A stretch of 38,060 nt of DNA from Pseudobdellovibrionaceae bacterium (lineage in GTDB: Bacteria > Bdellovibrionota > Bdellovibrionia > Bdellovibrionales > Bdellovibrionaceae): the NCBI GenBank assembly GCA_041288045.1, contig JBGGMM010000222.1, positions 1-38,060 of the forward strand, in the 5' to 3' direction. Numbering within the stretch: position 1 is the stretch's first letter; each line of letters starts with the position of its first letter. Made by a program: the position numbers and the translations under genes. The notes beneath the pieces were generated by a model. The model ran no database searches. It was given only the letters and a program-made list of their open reading frames with translations, and was not told where the DNA came from. Below are positions 27,168 to 36,435 of this stretch, in pieces.

Positions 27168-27788
27168 TTAAGGGTTTAAAGGCGGAGGGGGAGCTTCTTT
27201 TTTCACTGTCCAAGTGTGTGAAATCTGGCCCTCAATTTCGGCTTTGACGCGGTCTCCCGGCTGCAGGGGCCCCACTCCAGCTGGAGTGCCCGTCAAGAGC
27301 AGATCGCTCGGACAGACGGGAAAATGCTCTTTCACGTAGTGAACAAGGTTTTCCAGAGAAAAAATCATCTGCGAAGTCCGGCCGTCTTGTTTCAACTCTT
27401 CATTCACCCAGAGACGCAGTCTTAAATCTTTGAGTTCCTCCAGTTTCCGAACCATAAAAAAAGCCGAAACTGCACAGGCGTTGGGAAAGGATTTTGCCAA
27501 AGTCCAAGGCATTCCGGCCTTTTTGGCTTCTGTTTGCAATCGGCGCTCTGTGAGATCCAGAGCGACTGCCCCTTCGATGATATGCAAATGCGGACTGAAT
27601 TTCAGTGCCAATTCGACTTCATGGTGAACTTCCTCTACCCAGTGAGGGAGGAGGATTTCGGTTGAATTGACCGAAGCGGAACTTCCAGCCTTGAGAAAAA
27701 CCAAAGGTTGCTTGGGAACTTCATTGCCCAACTCTTTGGCGTGATCGGCATAATTGCGGCCCACAGCCCAAATATTTCTGATCAGCAT
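27168..27788 (-). CDS. Fumarylacetoacetate hydrolase family protein
   Basis: VGRNYADHAKEL, HHEVEL, WTLAKSF, LTGTPAGVG. Confidence 0.92.
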   Translation of the reverse strand: MLIRNIWAVGRNYADHAKELGNEVPKQPLVFLKAGSSASVNSTEILLPHWVEEVHHEVELALKFSPHLHIIEGAVALDLTERRLQTEAKKAGMPWTLAKSFPNACAVSAFFMVRKLEELKDLRLRLWVNEELKQDGRTSQMIFSLENLVHYVKEHFPVCPSDLLLTGTPAGVGPLQPGDRVKAEIEGQISHTWTVKKEAPPPPLNP

Positions 27789-27800
27789 GAGATCATCCTT

Positions 27801-28286
27801 TCAAACAAGACAAGTTCGCGTCGCCTGCAGAACCCACAAGCGGTCGTGAATTTCAAATTCCATTGACTGAGCCGGGAGCCAGGATTGGTAGCGTTCGCTC
27901 AAAAGATCTGTATCCGAGTGAATCAAGCGCAGAGCCTCTTCGATCCAGTCCAAATGAGTGACAAAAAATTGAACTCCATTCTGGGTTTCCATCAAATTCA
28001 AAAAGCGCTTCACTCGCTTGCTGAAATTTTCGATCGATTCAAAATTATGTCTTTCATCCAACTCACTGAGAATCTGGATTTCCACTCCCAATTTATTCTG
28101 AATTTGCAAAAAAGTCTGCTGAGCTCGCAATTTTGGAGAGCTTAAGAGTTTCGAGGGCCGTGGCAGCACGTTGAGATCGATCTCTTCCAGCAATTTTTCG
28201 GCTTGTAAAAGTCCACGACTGCTCAGAGGTGGATTGGAGCTTCCCGTGTTTTCTCTTTCGGCATGGCGAAACATAAAGGCTCTCAT
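27801..28286 (-). CDS. Histidine phosphatase family protein (SixA/phosphoglycerate mutase-like)
   Basis: RHA motif, LSSRG, SSPKLRAQQT, VTH. Confidence 0.85.
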   Translation of the reverse strand: MRAFMFRHAERENTGSSNPPLSSRGLLQAEKLLEEIDLNVLPRPSKLLSSPKLRAQQTFLQIQNKLGVEIQILSELDERHNFESIENFSKRVKRFLNLMETQNGVQFFVTHLDWIEEALRLIHSDTDLLSERYQSWLPAQSMEFEIHDRLWVLQATRTCLV

Positions 28287-28345
28287 GTCTTCAGAATAGC
28301 TTTAAGAGTTTGCTCGGGCCAGCGAGAAATGCTATTGTTCATTTC

Positions 28346-29239
28346 GTGAGCAGAGTCCATCGTTTCGTCACCAATGACCTGACCGTTCGAGTCGCCGCAG
28401 TCGATGCAACTGCGGTCGTTGCAGAAATGCAAAACATCCAAAATAGTGCACCCCTGGCCACGATCGGTGTGGGCCGAGCCATGGTCGGAGCCCTCTTGAT
28501 GTCCAGCCAACTCAAAGACGGTCAAGAAGTGGGAATTCTTCTCAAAGGCAATGGGCCCCTGGGGAGTCTCTATGGCCAAGCCAGTTATGAAGGTCATGTC
28601 CGCGGTTACTGTCCCCATCCTTCCTATTTTCCACCGCATGAAGAGGACGCTTTGAATCTTCGTAAGGCCATTGGCTTTGGTCATCTCACGGTTTCTAGAC
28701 AGCAGCCCTATCAACGGCAGCCTTTTTTTGGAACAGTTGAAATGGCATCAGGCGAAGTCGGGGATGATATCGCTCATTATTTGCATCAATCTCATCAGAT
28801 TCGTTCTTTGGTCTCCTTAGGAGTTCTTTTGGATCCCAAAGGCAAAGTCCGTTCTGCTGGCGGAGTCCTTTTGGAAGTCATGCCGGGAGTGGAAGAGACT
28901 GTGGTCGAACGAATTCAAGAAAATGCCGATTCTTACAAAGAAAATGTCTCGCAGGAATTGTCCAAGGGCAAATCACTCATGGATCTGGTTTCTGTCTATT
29001 TGAAGGGAATTCCTTTCGGCGAAATTTCGCATGATTTTCCGATTCAGTATTTCTGCCCTTGCACCCAGGAGCGAGTGATCAGTTCTTTGGGGACTTTGGG
29101 ACTTTCGGATCTGCAAGAAATGATCGAGGCCCAGGAGACCACGGAGGTCACGTGCCAGATGTGTGGGCGAAAATACTCTGTTTCCGTCGAGGAATTGAAA
29201 GAGCTTAAAGATCTCCTGCATCGAAATTCGATGCACTAG
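28346..29239 (+). CDS. hslO: Hsp33 redox-regulated chaperone
   Basis: YLHQSHQIRS, AGGVLLEVMPG, Zn motif CPC..CQMC. Start uncertain (GTG 28346). Confidence 0.93.
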   Translation: MSRVHRFVTNDLTVRVAAVDATAVVAEMQNIQNSAPLATIGVGRAMVGALLMSSQLKDGQEVGILLKGNGPLGSLYGQASYEGHVRGYCPHPSYFPPHEEDALNLRKAIGFGHLTVSRQQPYQRQPFFGTVEMASGEVGDDIAHYLHQSHQIRSLVSLGVLLDPKGKVRSAGGVLLEVMPGVEETVVERIQENADSYKENVSQELSKGKSLMDLVSVYLKGIPFGEISHDFPIQYFCPCTQERVISSLGTLGLSDLQEMIEAQETTEVTCQMCGRKYSVSVEELKELKDLLHRNSMH

Positions 29240-29253
29240 GCAAAGGAGCTGCC

Positions 29254-30081
29254 ATGACTTTTCACTGGAATGTGAGTCCCGAAATCCTGTCACTCGGACC
29301 TTTGGTGATCCGCTGGTACGGATTGATGTTTCTGTTGGGATTTTCGTTGGGCTATTACCTGATGGTCAAAGTCTGCCGTTGGGAAGGGATGCCAATTGAA
29401 AAATTGGATTCTCTTCTGGTGCATTTGGTTTTGGGGACAACGATTGGCGCCCGTTTGGGACATTGTCTGTTTTACGATCCCGTTCACTATCTGACTCATC
29501 CACTGGAAATTTTAAAGATTTGGGAGGGCGGACTTGCCAGTCATGGTGGTTCTCTTGGCGTGATAATCGCCATTTGGCTCTTTTGTCGCAAGAATCCCGA
29601 ATTCACTTTGATGTGGGTGTATGATCGAATTGTCATTTTCACAGTGATGACAGGTGGCTTTATCCGCTTGGGAAATCTCTTCAATTCAGAGATTTTAGGA
29701 AAGCCCACGGGCAGCGATTGGGGAGTTGTGTTTTCCCGAGTCGATGCTTTTCCCAGGCATCCAGCCCAAGTTTACGAGAGCATTTGTTACTTTTTGATTT
29801 TTGCGGTTCTTTTTCAAGTTTATCTGAAGTTCAAAGAAAAGACCCCGCGGGGACTCTTGCTGGGCATGGCTTTCACAGGCGTGTTCATTTGCCGATTTTT
29901 CATCGAGTTTTTAAAAGAGAATCAAGAGTCCTTCGAAAATCAGATGACTTTAAATATGGGACAGCTTTTGAGTCTGCCCTTCATTGTTGTTGGGATTATT
30001 TTAATCGTGAAATCCGGCAAAACTCCGGCAGAAAGTCCAGCCCCGGCCTCTTCTTTGAGCAAGAAGAAGTCCAAGTCCTAA
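29254..30081 (+). CDS. lgt: Prolipoprotein diacylglyceryl transferase
   Basis: IRWYGL, GARLGH, GGLASHG, RLGNLFNSE, RHPAQVYE, RFFIEF, MGQLLS. Confidence 0.96.
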   Translation: MTFHWNVSPEILSLGPLVIRWYGLMFLLGFSLGYYLMVKVCRWEGMPIEKLDSLLVHLVLGTTIGARLGHCLFYDPVHYLTHPLEILKIWEGGLASHGGSLGVIIAIWLFCRKNPEFTLMWVYDRIVIFTVMTGGFIRLGNLFNSEILGKPTGSDWGVVFSRVDAFPRHPAQVYESICYFLIFAVLFQVYLKFKEKTPRGLLLGMAFTGVFICRFFIEFLKENQESFENQMTLNMGQLLSLPFIVVGIILIVKSGKTPAESPAPASSLSKKKSKS

Positions 30082-30153
30082 GCCAGCCTCTTGAAATCCG
30101 CTTCAGCAGCTGCTGAAGTGAATACTCGAGTCAGGATGACTCGGGAGCACAAA

Positions 30154-31500
30154 ATGGATTTTTCGCGTCGTCGTTTTCTTTCGGGATCAGCTTGGACAGT
30201 GGGCGCATTCGGAGTGATGGCGACTCCTTTGGCGAATGGCTGGATTTCTGACCCTTTCAACCAATCTCTCAACATCACAGCTTATCGGGGACATCTGGCG
30301 ATTTTGCAGAGTCTCACCACCAGCAACAGTGCTCAGTTCATTGTGCTGACAGAGCGGGACAAGCAGTATGGATATCAAGTTTTCGATTCAGCTGCGATTG
30401 AAATTCCAGTGAGAATTCTTCGTCGCGAAGTGAGAAAGCATTCCAAGTGGGGAATTGAAAAGCTGATGGTGGCAAACCTGCTGCCAGCCGGGGAGTATCT
30501 CTTACGAGTGATTGATCCGGATTCAGGTCAAGTCGTTGATGAAAGAAACTTTGCGACTTCCAATCCGCTGGCCAGCAAGGGAAAATTCGTCATTGCCAGT
30601 TGCATGAAAGATAACAAAGAAGAAGCTCGGGAAATCATGTGGGATCGAGTTGCCGAAACCAATCCGGACATAGTTTTTATGATTGGTGACACTTGCTACG
30701 CCGACAATGGCCTCGACAGTGATGATGAAAAAGGCTACTGGGCAAGATACGTTGAGACGAGAAATTTGCTTTCGCATTTTCGGCAAAAGCGTCTGGTTCC
30801 CACTTATGCAACTTGGGATGATCATGATTTTGGTGGAAATAATTTTGATTCCACTTTCCGCTTGAAAGACACGACCAAATCTTTGTTTGAAACTTTCTGG
30901 CATCCTGAAGTTTTTGAAGGAATGGAAAAAGGCCCTGGCATTTCCAATGTCCTCTCTGCCTTTGGGCAGCGGTTTTTCCTGATGGATTGCCGTTATTTTC
31001 GCTCTTCACGGCAAGAATCCACAAACGCCGTTCAGTGGGGGACCCAGCAGGAAGAATTCTTGTTTTCAAGATTGGCGCTCAGCAAGGATCCTGCTTGGCT
31101 GATGAACGGAAGTCAGTTTTTCGGTGGCTACTTGAAAAAAGATGCCTTTGAATACTGGCAAGGACAGAACTTGAAAAACATCTGTTCACAATTGGCACAA
31201 ATTGAAGCGCCTGTCGGATTTGCTTCCGGCGATGTGCATTTTTCTGAGCTGATGAATATTGAAAAATCGCTTCTGGGATATTCCACTTTTGAAATCACCT
31301 CTAGCTCCATTCATAGTTCCAGTTTTGTCGGAATGCATTTGCGAGCGCAGAATGACAGACGGATTGATGCCACAAGCGTTCATAATTTTGTCGTTGTGGA
31401 TGCTGAAAACAAGCCCGAAGAGGGCTGGTCCGTACGTGCCCGTTGCTATGGCAAAAGCTTGAAAAAGCATTTCGATCATGAATTTATTGTGAAACGATAA
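30154..31500 (+). CDS. phoD: PhoD-family alkaline phosphatase/phosphodiesterase with a Tat signal
   Basis: SRRRFL twin-arginine signal; ASC, GDTCYAD, WDDHD, DCRYFR, SGDVH. Confidence 0.85.
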   Translation: MDFSRRRFLSGSAWTVGAFGVMATPLANGWISDPFNQSLNITAYRGHLAILQSLTTSNSAQFIVLTERDKQYGYQVFDSAAIEIPVRILRREVRKHSKWGIEKLMVANLLPAGEYLLRVIDPDSGQVVDERNFATSNPLASKGKFVIASCMKDNKEEAREIMWDRVAETNPDIVFMIGDTCYADNGLDSDDEKGYWARYVETRNLLSHFRQKRLVPTYATWDDHDFGGNNFDSTFRLKDTTKSLFETFWHPEVFEGMEKGPGISNVLSAFGQRFFLMDCRYFRSSRQESTNAVQWGTQQEEFLFSRLALSKDPAWLMNGSQFFGGYLKKDAFEYWQGQNLKNICSQLAQIEAPVGFASGDVHFSELMNIEKSLLGYSTFEITSSSIHSSSFVGMHLRAQNDRRIDATSVHNFVVVDAENKPEEGWSVRARCYGKSLKKHFDHEFIVKR

Positions 31501-31777
31501 TAAATAAGAGCGACTTGCGTCATTGATTTCAAGGTCCATCCTCACGTTGAGGAACACTTTGATATTCAACATGAAAAAAAACCGCTGCGGTTGATAAAGA
31601 CTAATGAAAATGTAAGATCGTCTTTAAATTACCTAAATTCACTGGGTACCGAGGGGATTCTTTAAGAATTAAGGAAAAATTTATTTTACACTTTGCCGAA
31701 TAACTTAATAAATAGTCATTCCTTGCTCAATGAAAAGTTAAGTATTCTAAATGCTTTATTACATCCCAGGAGTACGA

Positions 31778-32464
31778 ATGTCCGACACTTTGCGAGTTCT
31801 GATTGTCGAAGATGAAGCTGAAATCCGAGAATTTTTGGTTTCTCAATTTGTAGATGCGCAAGCCGCAGCCCATGGTCTCCCATCTGGTGACCTCATTCTT
31901 CAAGCTTTGGAATCTTTCCAGCCAAATGTGGTTTTATTGGATCAAATGATGCCGGGCAAGTCAGGTAAAGACATCATCAAGGAAATTCGCAGCCATGCTC
32001 GCTTCAGTGAAACACCTATCATGATGGTGACGGGTTTGGATGGAGAAGCCGAAAAAATCCAAGCGCTTGAAATGGGAGCTGATGACTATGTCACGAAGCC
32101 ATTTTCAGTGAAAGAATTGATTGCTCGAGCTCATGCCTTGGTCCGAAGAGCGCAATCCACTCACAAAGCCCAACAAAAAAACCTCGTTGTGAAAGACTTG
32201 ATTGTTGATTTCTCAGCACACCGAGTTCTCTTGAGAAGTCAGGAAATCCCTCTCACTTTGACAGAGTTTAAAATTCTCTGTGAGCTGCTTCGCCAATCGG
32301 GTCAGGTTCTGACTCGGGATAAATTGCGCGAAAGAGCTTTGGGAAATCTTAATGTCACAGATCGAACGATCGATGTGCACATGGCCTCTCTGCGAAAGAA
32401 ACTGGATGATATGGGTGATTCCATTGAAACCGTTCGTGGAGTTGGTTACCGAATGGCCCTTTAA
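31778..32464 (+). CDS. OmpR/PhoB-family response regulator
   Basis: VEDE, LLDQMMP, GADDYVTKPF, LTLTEF, RTIDVH, ETVRGVGY; SD AGGAG. Confidence 0.95.
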   Translation: MSDTLRVLIVEDEAEIREFLVSQFVDAQAAAHGLPSGDLILQALESFQPNVVLLDQMMPGKSGKDIIKEIRSHARFSETPIMMVTGLDGEAEKIQALEMGADDYVTKPFSVKELIARAHALVRRAQSTHKAQQKNLVVKDLIVDFSAHRVLLRSQEIPLTLTEFKILCELLRQSGQVLTRDKLRERALGNLNVTDRTIDVHMASLRKKLDDMGDSIETVRGVGYRMAL

Positions 32465-32732
32465 GCGGCCTTTTTCCATAAGCGAATCTTATGAATCCTC
32501 TAAGTGCCCTTCTCCGCGCGGACAGGAAGGGAGGAGAATTTTTTTCTCCCCTTCCAGCTAGGCGGGATGGGTGAAGGGTGTGTTTGGCCCTCAAGGTGTC
32601 CGCGATTGCGGCTGGAGCCAGGTCATACTTGGAACTGTATCAAAGCAAAGGTCTTGCCAATTTGAGAGGGTTCCAAGTGACACCAGCGGGCTCTGGGCTG
32701 ACCAATGATTCGACATATAAAAAAAGGAATGA

Positions 32733-32745
32733 AATCAAAGGTTTA
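32733..32745 (+). promoter_or_regulatory. Putative IHF site
   Basis: AATCAA-AGGT-TTA matches WATCAA-N4-TTR, with an A-tract upstream. Confidence 0.4.
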
Positions 32746-32898
32746 AGCTCTCAAATCCTGCCAACCTTCATTCGTTTTGAATTGAGAAGCTCTTTGTGGG
32801 CTTCGGACTCAAGCCTGCTATTTTTTCAAAAGTTAAGTCATTTTGCGTACTTATGGGCAGCTCTTCGGCTGGTCTTAGCTTTGTAATGAGTTCCTGTC

Positions 32899-33525
32899 AT
32901 GAAGGTGTTTCGCAAACGTTGGCTGGTTCTTACCATGTCCATCTCATTTTTATTGCTGCTTGAAGCCTGTGCTCCAAAAAATAAGGAGGAGGCAGACTGT
33001 GGTTTTGTGCAAAACGCCTATGGTGAGAGAATTTCCTGGAAAGACAGTTCGCCAGTTCCACTTTATGTTCACACCTCTTTTCCGCCGCAAATGCTTCCGG
33101 CCCTGCAAGCCGCTATCGATCATTGGCAAAGCGTGATTGGTCGACCGGTTTTTCGAATTGCTCAGACTGGATATCAAAGCTCGGGTCCTCGTCAAGATGG
33201 AGTGAATGTCATTTATTGGATGCAGAACTGGGAAGCAGAGAAAGCCACGGAGCAAGCCAGAACCTCGGTTTACTGGGTTGGTGATCAAATTCGCGAGGCC
33301 GATGTCCGCCTCAACAATAAGAATTTTAATTTTTATCTCGGGCAGTCCGGATCTTCGAAGGATGTGCACATGGAAAGCCTTTTGGTGCATGAGTTAGGAC
33401 ATGTTCTGGGCCTCAAGCATAAAGATGACAGTCAAAGTGTCATGGGAACTTATCTTTCTGGTGGCACCATTCGAACTGCGATCTCTCCGGCAGACCGAGA
33501 CAACATCAAATGCGAATACAATTAA
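32899..33525 (+). CDS. Matrixin-like (metzincin) metalloprotease lipoprotein
   Basis: Lipobox LEAC; HELGHVLGLKH; Met-turn SVM. Confidence 0.9.
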   Translation: MKVFRKRWLVLTMSISFLLLLEACAPKNKEEADCGFVQNAYGERISWKDSSPVPLYVHTSFPPQMLPALQAAIDHWQSVIGRPVFRIAQTGYQSSGPRQDGVNVIYWMQNWEAEKATEQARTSVYWVGDQIREADVRLNNKNFNFYLGQSGSSKDVHMESLLVHELGHVLGLKHKDDSQSVMGTYLSGGTIRTAISPADRDNIKCEYN

Positions 33526-33647
33526 GTGAGCTGAGTGAATGCTCGATTTATGTAATTTTTCTATGTAAGGGAATTTAAGTTGAGGTTTCCAATGTTAGGC
33601 CTAGACTTTCAGATAGGGCGTTTTGATTACCAATTAAGGAGTTTAAG

Positions 33648-33872
33648 ATGAGAACAGTATTACCGACTGAACAAGTCGTTACGACTCCTTCTAATGGATC
33701 TCAAGAGGGACGGGCTTTTTCAAGCCAGGTTTCATACCATGAAATGGATGAAGTCCCTGTTCAAGAAACGGATGTTTTGGAGCAACTGCAAGCAAATATG
33801 CGACAGCTGGCGGATCTTCAAGCACGCATGAAGTTCATGATGAAGGAAATTCGTTACCTAATGAAGGTGTAA
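33648..33872 (+). CDS. Small hypothetical protein with a C-terminal coiled coil
   Basis: Strong SD TAAGGAG; followed by the hairpin AAGCTCTC-GAT-GAGAGCTT (33871-33889). Confidence 0.75.
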   Translation: MRTVLPTEQVVTTPSNGSQEGRAFSSQVSYHEMDEVPVQETDVLEQLQANMRQLADLQARMKFMMKEIRYLMKV

Positions 33873-33888
33873 GCTCTCGATGAGAGCT

Positions 33889-35451
33889 TCAAACCTTTTT
33901 ATTCACAAATCCAATTTTCGGAATGAGAAACTGTAGAAAATCGCCATCGCGCTCTTGCCAGATGGCGTTTTGAGCGACTGGGTGATCCAGTTTGAATTCT
34001 TCTTTGAATGTTTGATAAGAATTGGTTGAAACTTTTTTGCCTTGGTCTTCCAGCTTGTCGACAAAAGCGCGGGATCCGGCGACCACGACTTTATCATTTT
34101 GAATTCGCACTTTGACATTGTCTTTATCAGATTCTGGAACGTAGGCACGGACCACGTACATGTTGTCGGTCTCTGAAAGGGTGGTGCCGCGGTTTTGCAC
34201 TTTGAAAAAGGGGTCTTTTGCTTTTTCAGTGTAGATCTCGGTGGTCGCCGTATCATTAAAAAAAAAATCGTTCAGCTCGCGGATAAACACATCCTTTTAA
34301 TTTTTCATGGTGTCAGTCTGAGCTTTTTGCGAGATCCGGTAATTTTCTTTGAACTGTTCATTCTGTCGCTTGAGACTGGCCTGAAAATGCTCTTTGTTAT
34401 TGGCAAAATGCTCTTGGTAATTTTTGTGCATTTCCTTGGCTTGAGTTTCGTAGATGGCCTTTTGCTTATCGGCCTCATAAGCGAGCGTCTCTTTCAAGCG
34501 CAGCAGCTTGCTTTCGTTTTCCTGTTTTGTTGATTTGATCTTGTGTTCGCCGTCTCGAGCGACCAGAGCCAAATGATCTTCGCTTTCACGGTGCAGTTTT
34601 TCTTGTTGAGAGTGTCCTTTGAGGACCTCAGCGTTCAGTCGTCGCTGATTTTCCTCGCGCATTTTCAAAAGGCGGTCTTCGTTCGTGAGAACTTGTTTTT
34701 GAGTTTCGGTTTTGTATTTCTGTTTGACTGTGTTGAGCTCGGCTTCGCGGCGGGTTCTCTCGCCGGTGACGCGGGAGTCATTTTCGGACTGCATGCGTTT
34801 GAGAGTGTCCATTGTCTGCAGGCGCTGCTGATCGATGGATTCCTGACGGCGCTGATTTTCAATTTGCAGGCGCTTGTTGTACTGGTCATTCACTTTTTGT
34901 AGTTCAGCTGAATTCTTCTCTTGCACTGTTCGCCGTTTTTCATTTCCCTTTTCATAAATTTCGGTCAGGGATTTTTGCGCTTCTTTTTCGGCCTGAATCA
35001 TTCTTTCTTGGTATTTTTTCATGGACTCTTGCGAGCCATCCTGAATTTTATTTCTCTGCGTGTTCTCGCGCTCATTCAGAGCCTGCAAGCGCTCTTGCAC
35101 TTGTTTTTCACTGCTTTTCAGCTGGCTGTCGAGAGCCTTCGAGTTGCCTTCAACATATTTTTTATAAGAAGTGATCTGATTCTGGCCCTGTTCCTTGGCG
35201 GTTTCATAACGGCTCTCTTGTTCGGAGCGAGTCGACTCGAGGGCCTTTTTGCCGCTGGATTTGATGTGATTGATAACGGCTTCGTTGCTTTTTTCAGTCT
35301 GTTCGCGCTGCTTGCGATAACTGTCGCGCAATTCTTCTAGATCTTGTTGTTGATTGCTGACGAGCTCGCGCCTTTTTTTCTGATGCTCTTTTTGAAGCTC
35401 GTTGAGCTCCTCTGTGTTGTCTCGTCTTTTGCTTGTAATTTCAGAGGCCAT
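33889..35451 (-). CDS. Long coiled-coil protein with a C-terminal Hsp20/alpha-crystallin domain; split here by an in-frame TAA and adapter sequence, probably artefactual
   Basis: ORFs 34297-35469 and 33889-34290 are in the same frame, separated by one TAA (34297-34299). C-terminus ETDNMYVVRAYVP..VKVRI..VVVAGSR..FKEEFKL..LIPK. Confidence 0.75.
34229..34267 (-). other. Illumina P5 adapter plus poly-A run (technical contamination)
   Basis: The + strand reads GTGTAGATCTCGGTGGTCGCCGTATCATT followed by A10. This is the reverse complement of AATGATACGGCGACCACCGAGATCTACAC and translates as FFFNDTATTEIYT. Confidence 0.98.
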
Positions 35452-35513
35452 ACTCTTGCAGTGTACCACAAAGAGACGGGGGAGCTCGAGAGTGCGGGCT
35501 TTGGAACTGGTCT

Positions 35514-35867
35514 TTAGGGAGTCTGGATGGCTGGCGATTCGGACGGAGCTGCGGGCGCAGCAGCTGGTGCGGGAGTGAGAGGTTGCTGCTGTGTCGGGGC
35601 TTCTGGAGTTTCAGTCGAAGCCAATTCTCTTGGGTTCGGACAAATGGGCAGATCGCTGGTTCTTCCTCGGCACATCCAAGTCGCAGTGTAGACGATGCGT
35701 TCACCCTGTTTGGCTGTGTGGTAACCTCGATATTGGTCTGGGTCTAGAGTGCTGATCTCTTCGCGGCTTTCGCTGCCATCCGCATTTGAGATTTGCAAGC
35801 GGAAGGCTCGGTATTCAGCGGGAGCTGATTGTGAAAGCAAAAGAAAGAGCGGCAGAAGGGATTTCAT
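35514..35867 (-). CDS. Small secreted hypothetical protein with a Pro/Ala-rich tail
   Basis: SD AAGGAG; signal peptide; TWMCRGRT..CP; RELAS followed by a low-complexity tail. Confidence 0.75.
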   Translation of the reverse strand: MKSLLPLFLLLSQSAPAEYRAFRLQISNADGSESREEISTLDPDQYRGYHTAKQGERIVYTATWMCRGRTSDLPICPNPRELASTETPEAPTQQQPLTPAPAAAPAAPSESPAIQTP

Positions 35868-35904
35868 CTCCTTCATTTCGGAAATTGAATGGGAAAACTA
35901 AAAT

Positions 35905-36273
35905 TCAGTGATGCTGCTCAGTTGAAGCGCGAACAGTGTTCTCAACGATATGGAAGTAGGTTCGAATGAGCATTTCGTAGGCCTCATCGTCGAGGTCTTT
36001 TAAGAAAGACATTTTTTCGTAATAGGATTTCTTGGCAATCAGCTCTGTCATCACGTCTTGCACGCGTTTCATTTTGTTGAAATCAAAGAAATCTTTGTCG
36101 TCTTTTCCCTGACCCATGACTTTGGCGATGGAGTTGTTATCAAAAAGGATGTGAATTCCCATCGCCGATTGCTTGAGAAGAGCTTCCATGCGTTCGAGGC
36201 TTTTTTCTTGGATTTTCTGATCTGTTTTGCTTTGATCGTTTTTCTGATCATTTTCCTGTCCAGACATATCCAC
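35905..36273 (-). CDS. Hypothetical protein
   Basis: SD GGAGG; 122-aa helical ORF. Confidence 0.8.
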   Translation of the reverse strand: MDMSGQENDQKNDQSKTDQKIQEKSLERMEALLKQSAMGIHILFDNNSIAKVMGQGKDDKDFFDFNKMKRVQDVMTELIAKKSYYEKMSFLKDLDDEAYEMLIRTYFHIVENTVRASTEQHH

Positions 36274-36435
36274 CCCTCCATGGTTCGTGATCTTCCCGAA
36301 ACAGAAATACCCTCAAGTTTATGGTGAGAAAAATTCGAACGACTTGCAAGTTTTAGTAAAGGTTATGACTTGCCCCATCAAGTTCCACTCTTGAGAGATG
36401 CTAAGGATGTAAGGCATGTTTAACTAAAGACGTCT

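Noticed and set aside
32578..32886. 102-aa ORF in the regulator-matrixin gap
   Set aside because: No SD or recognisable motif, and it overlaps promoter-like elements, so it is likely spurious.
34297..34299. In-frame TAA read as a pseudogene, programmed readthrough or recoding event
   Set aside because: It lies about 30 nt from an embedded Illumina adapter, so a consensus error is far more parsimonious.
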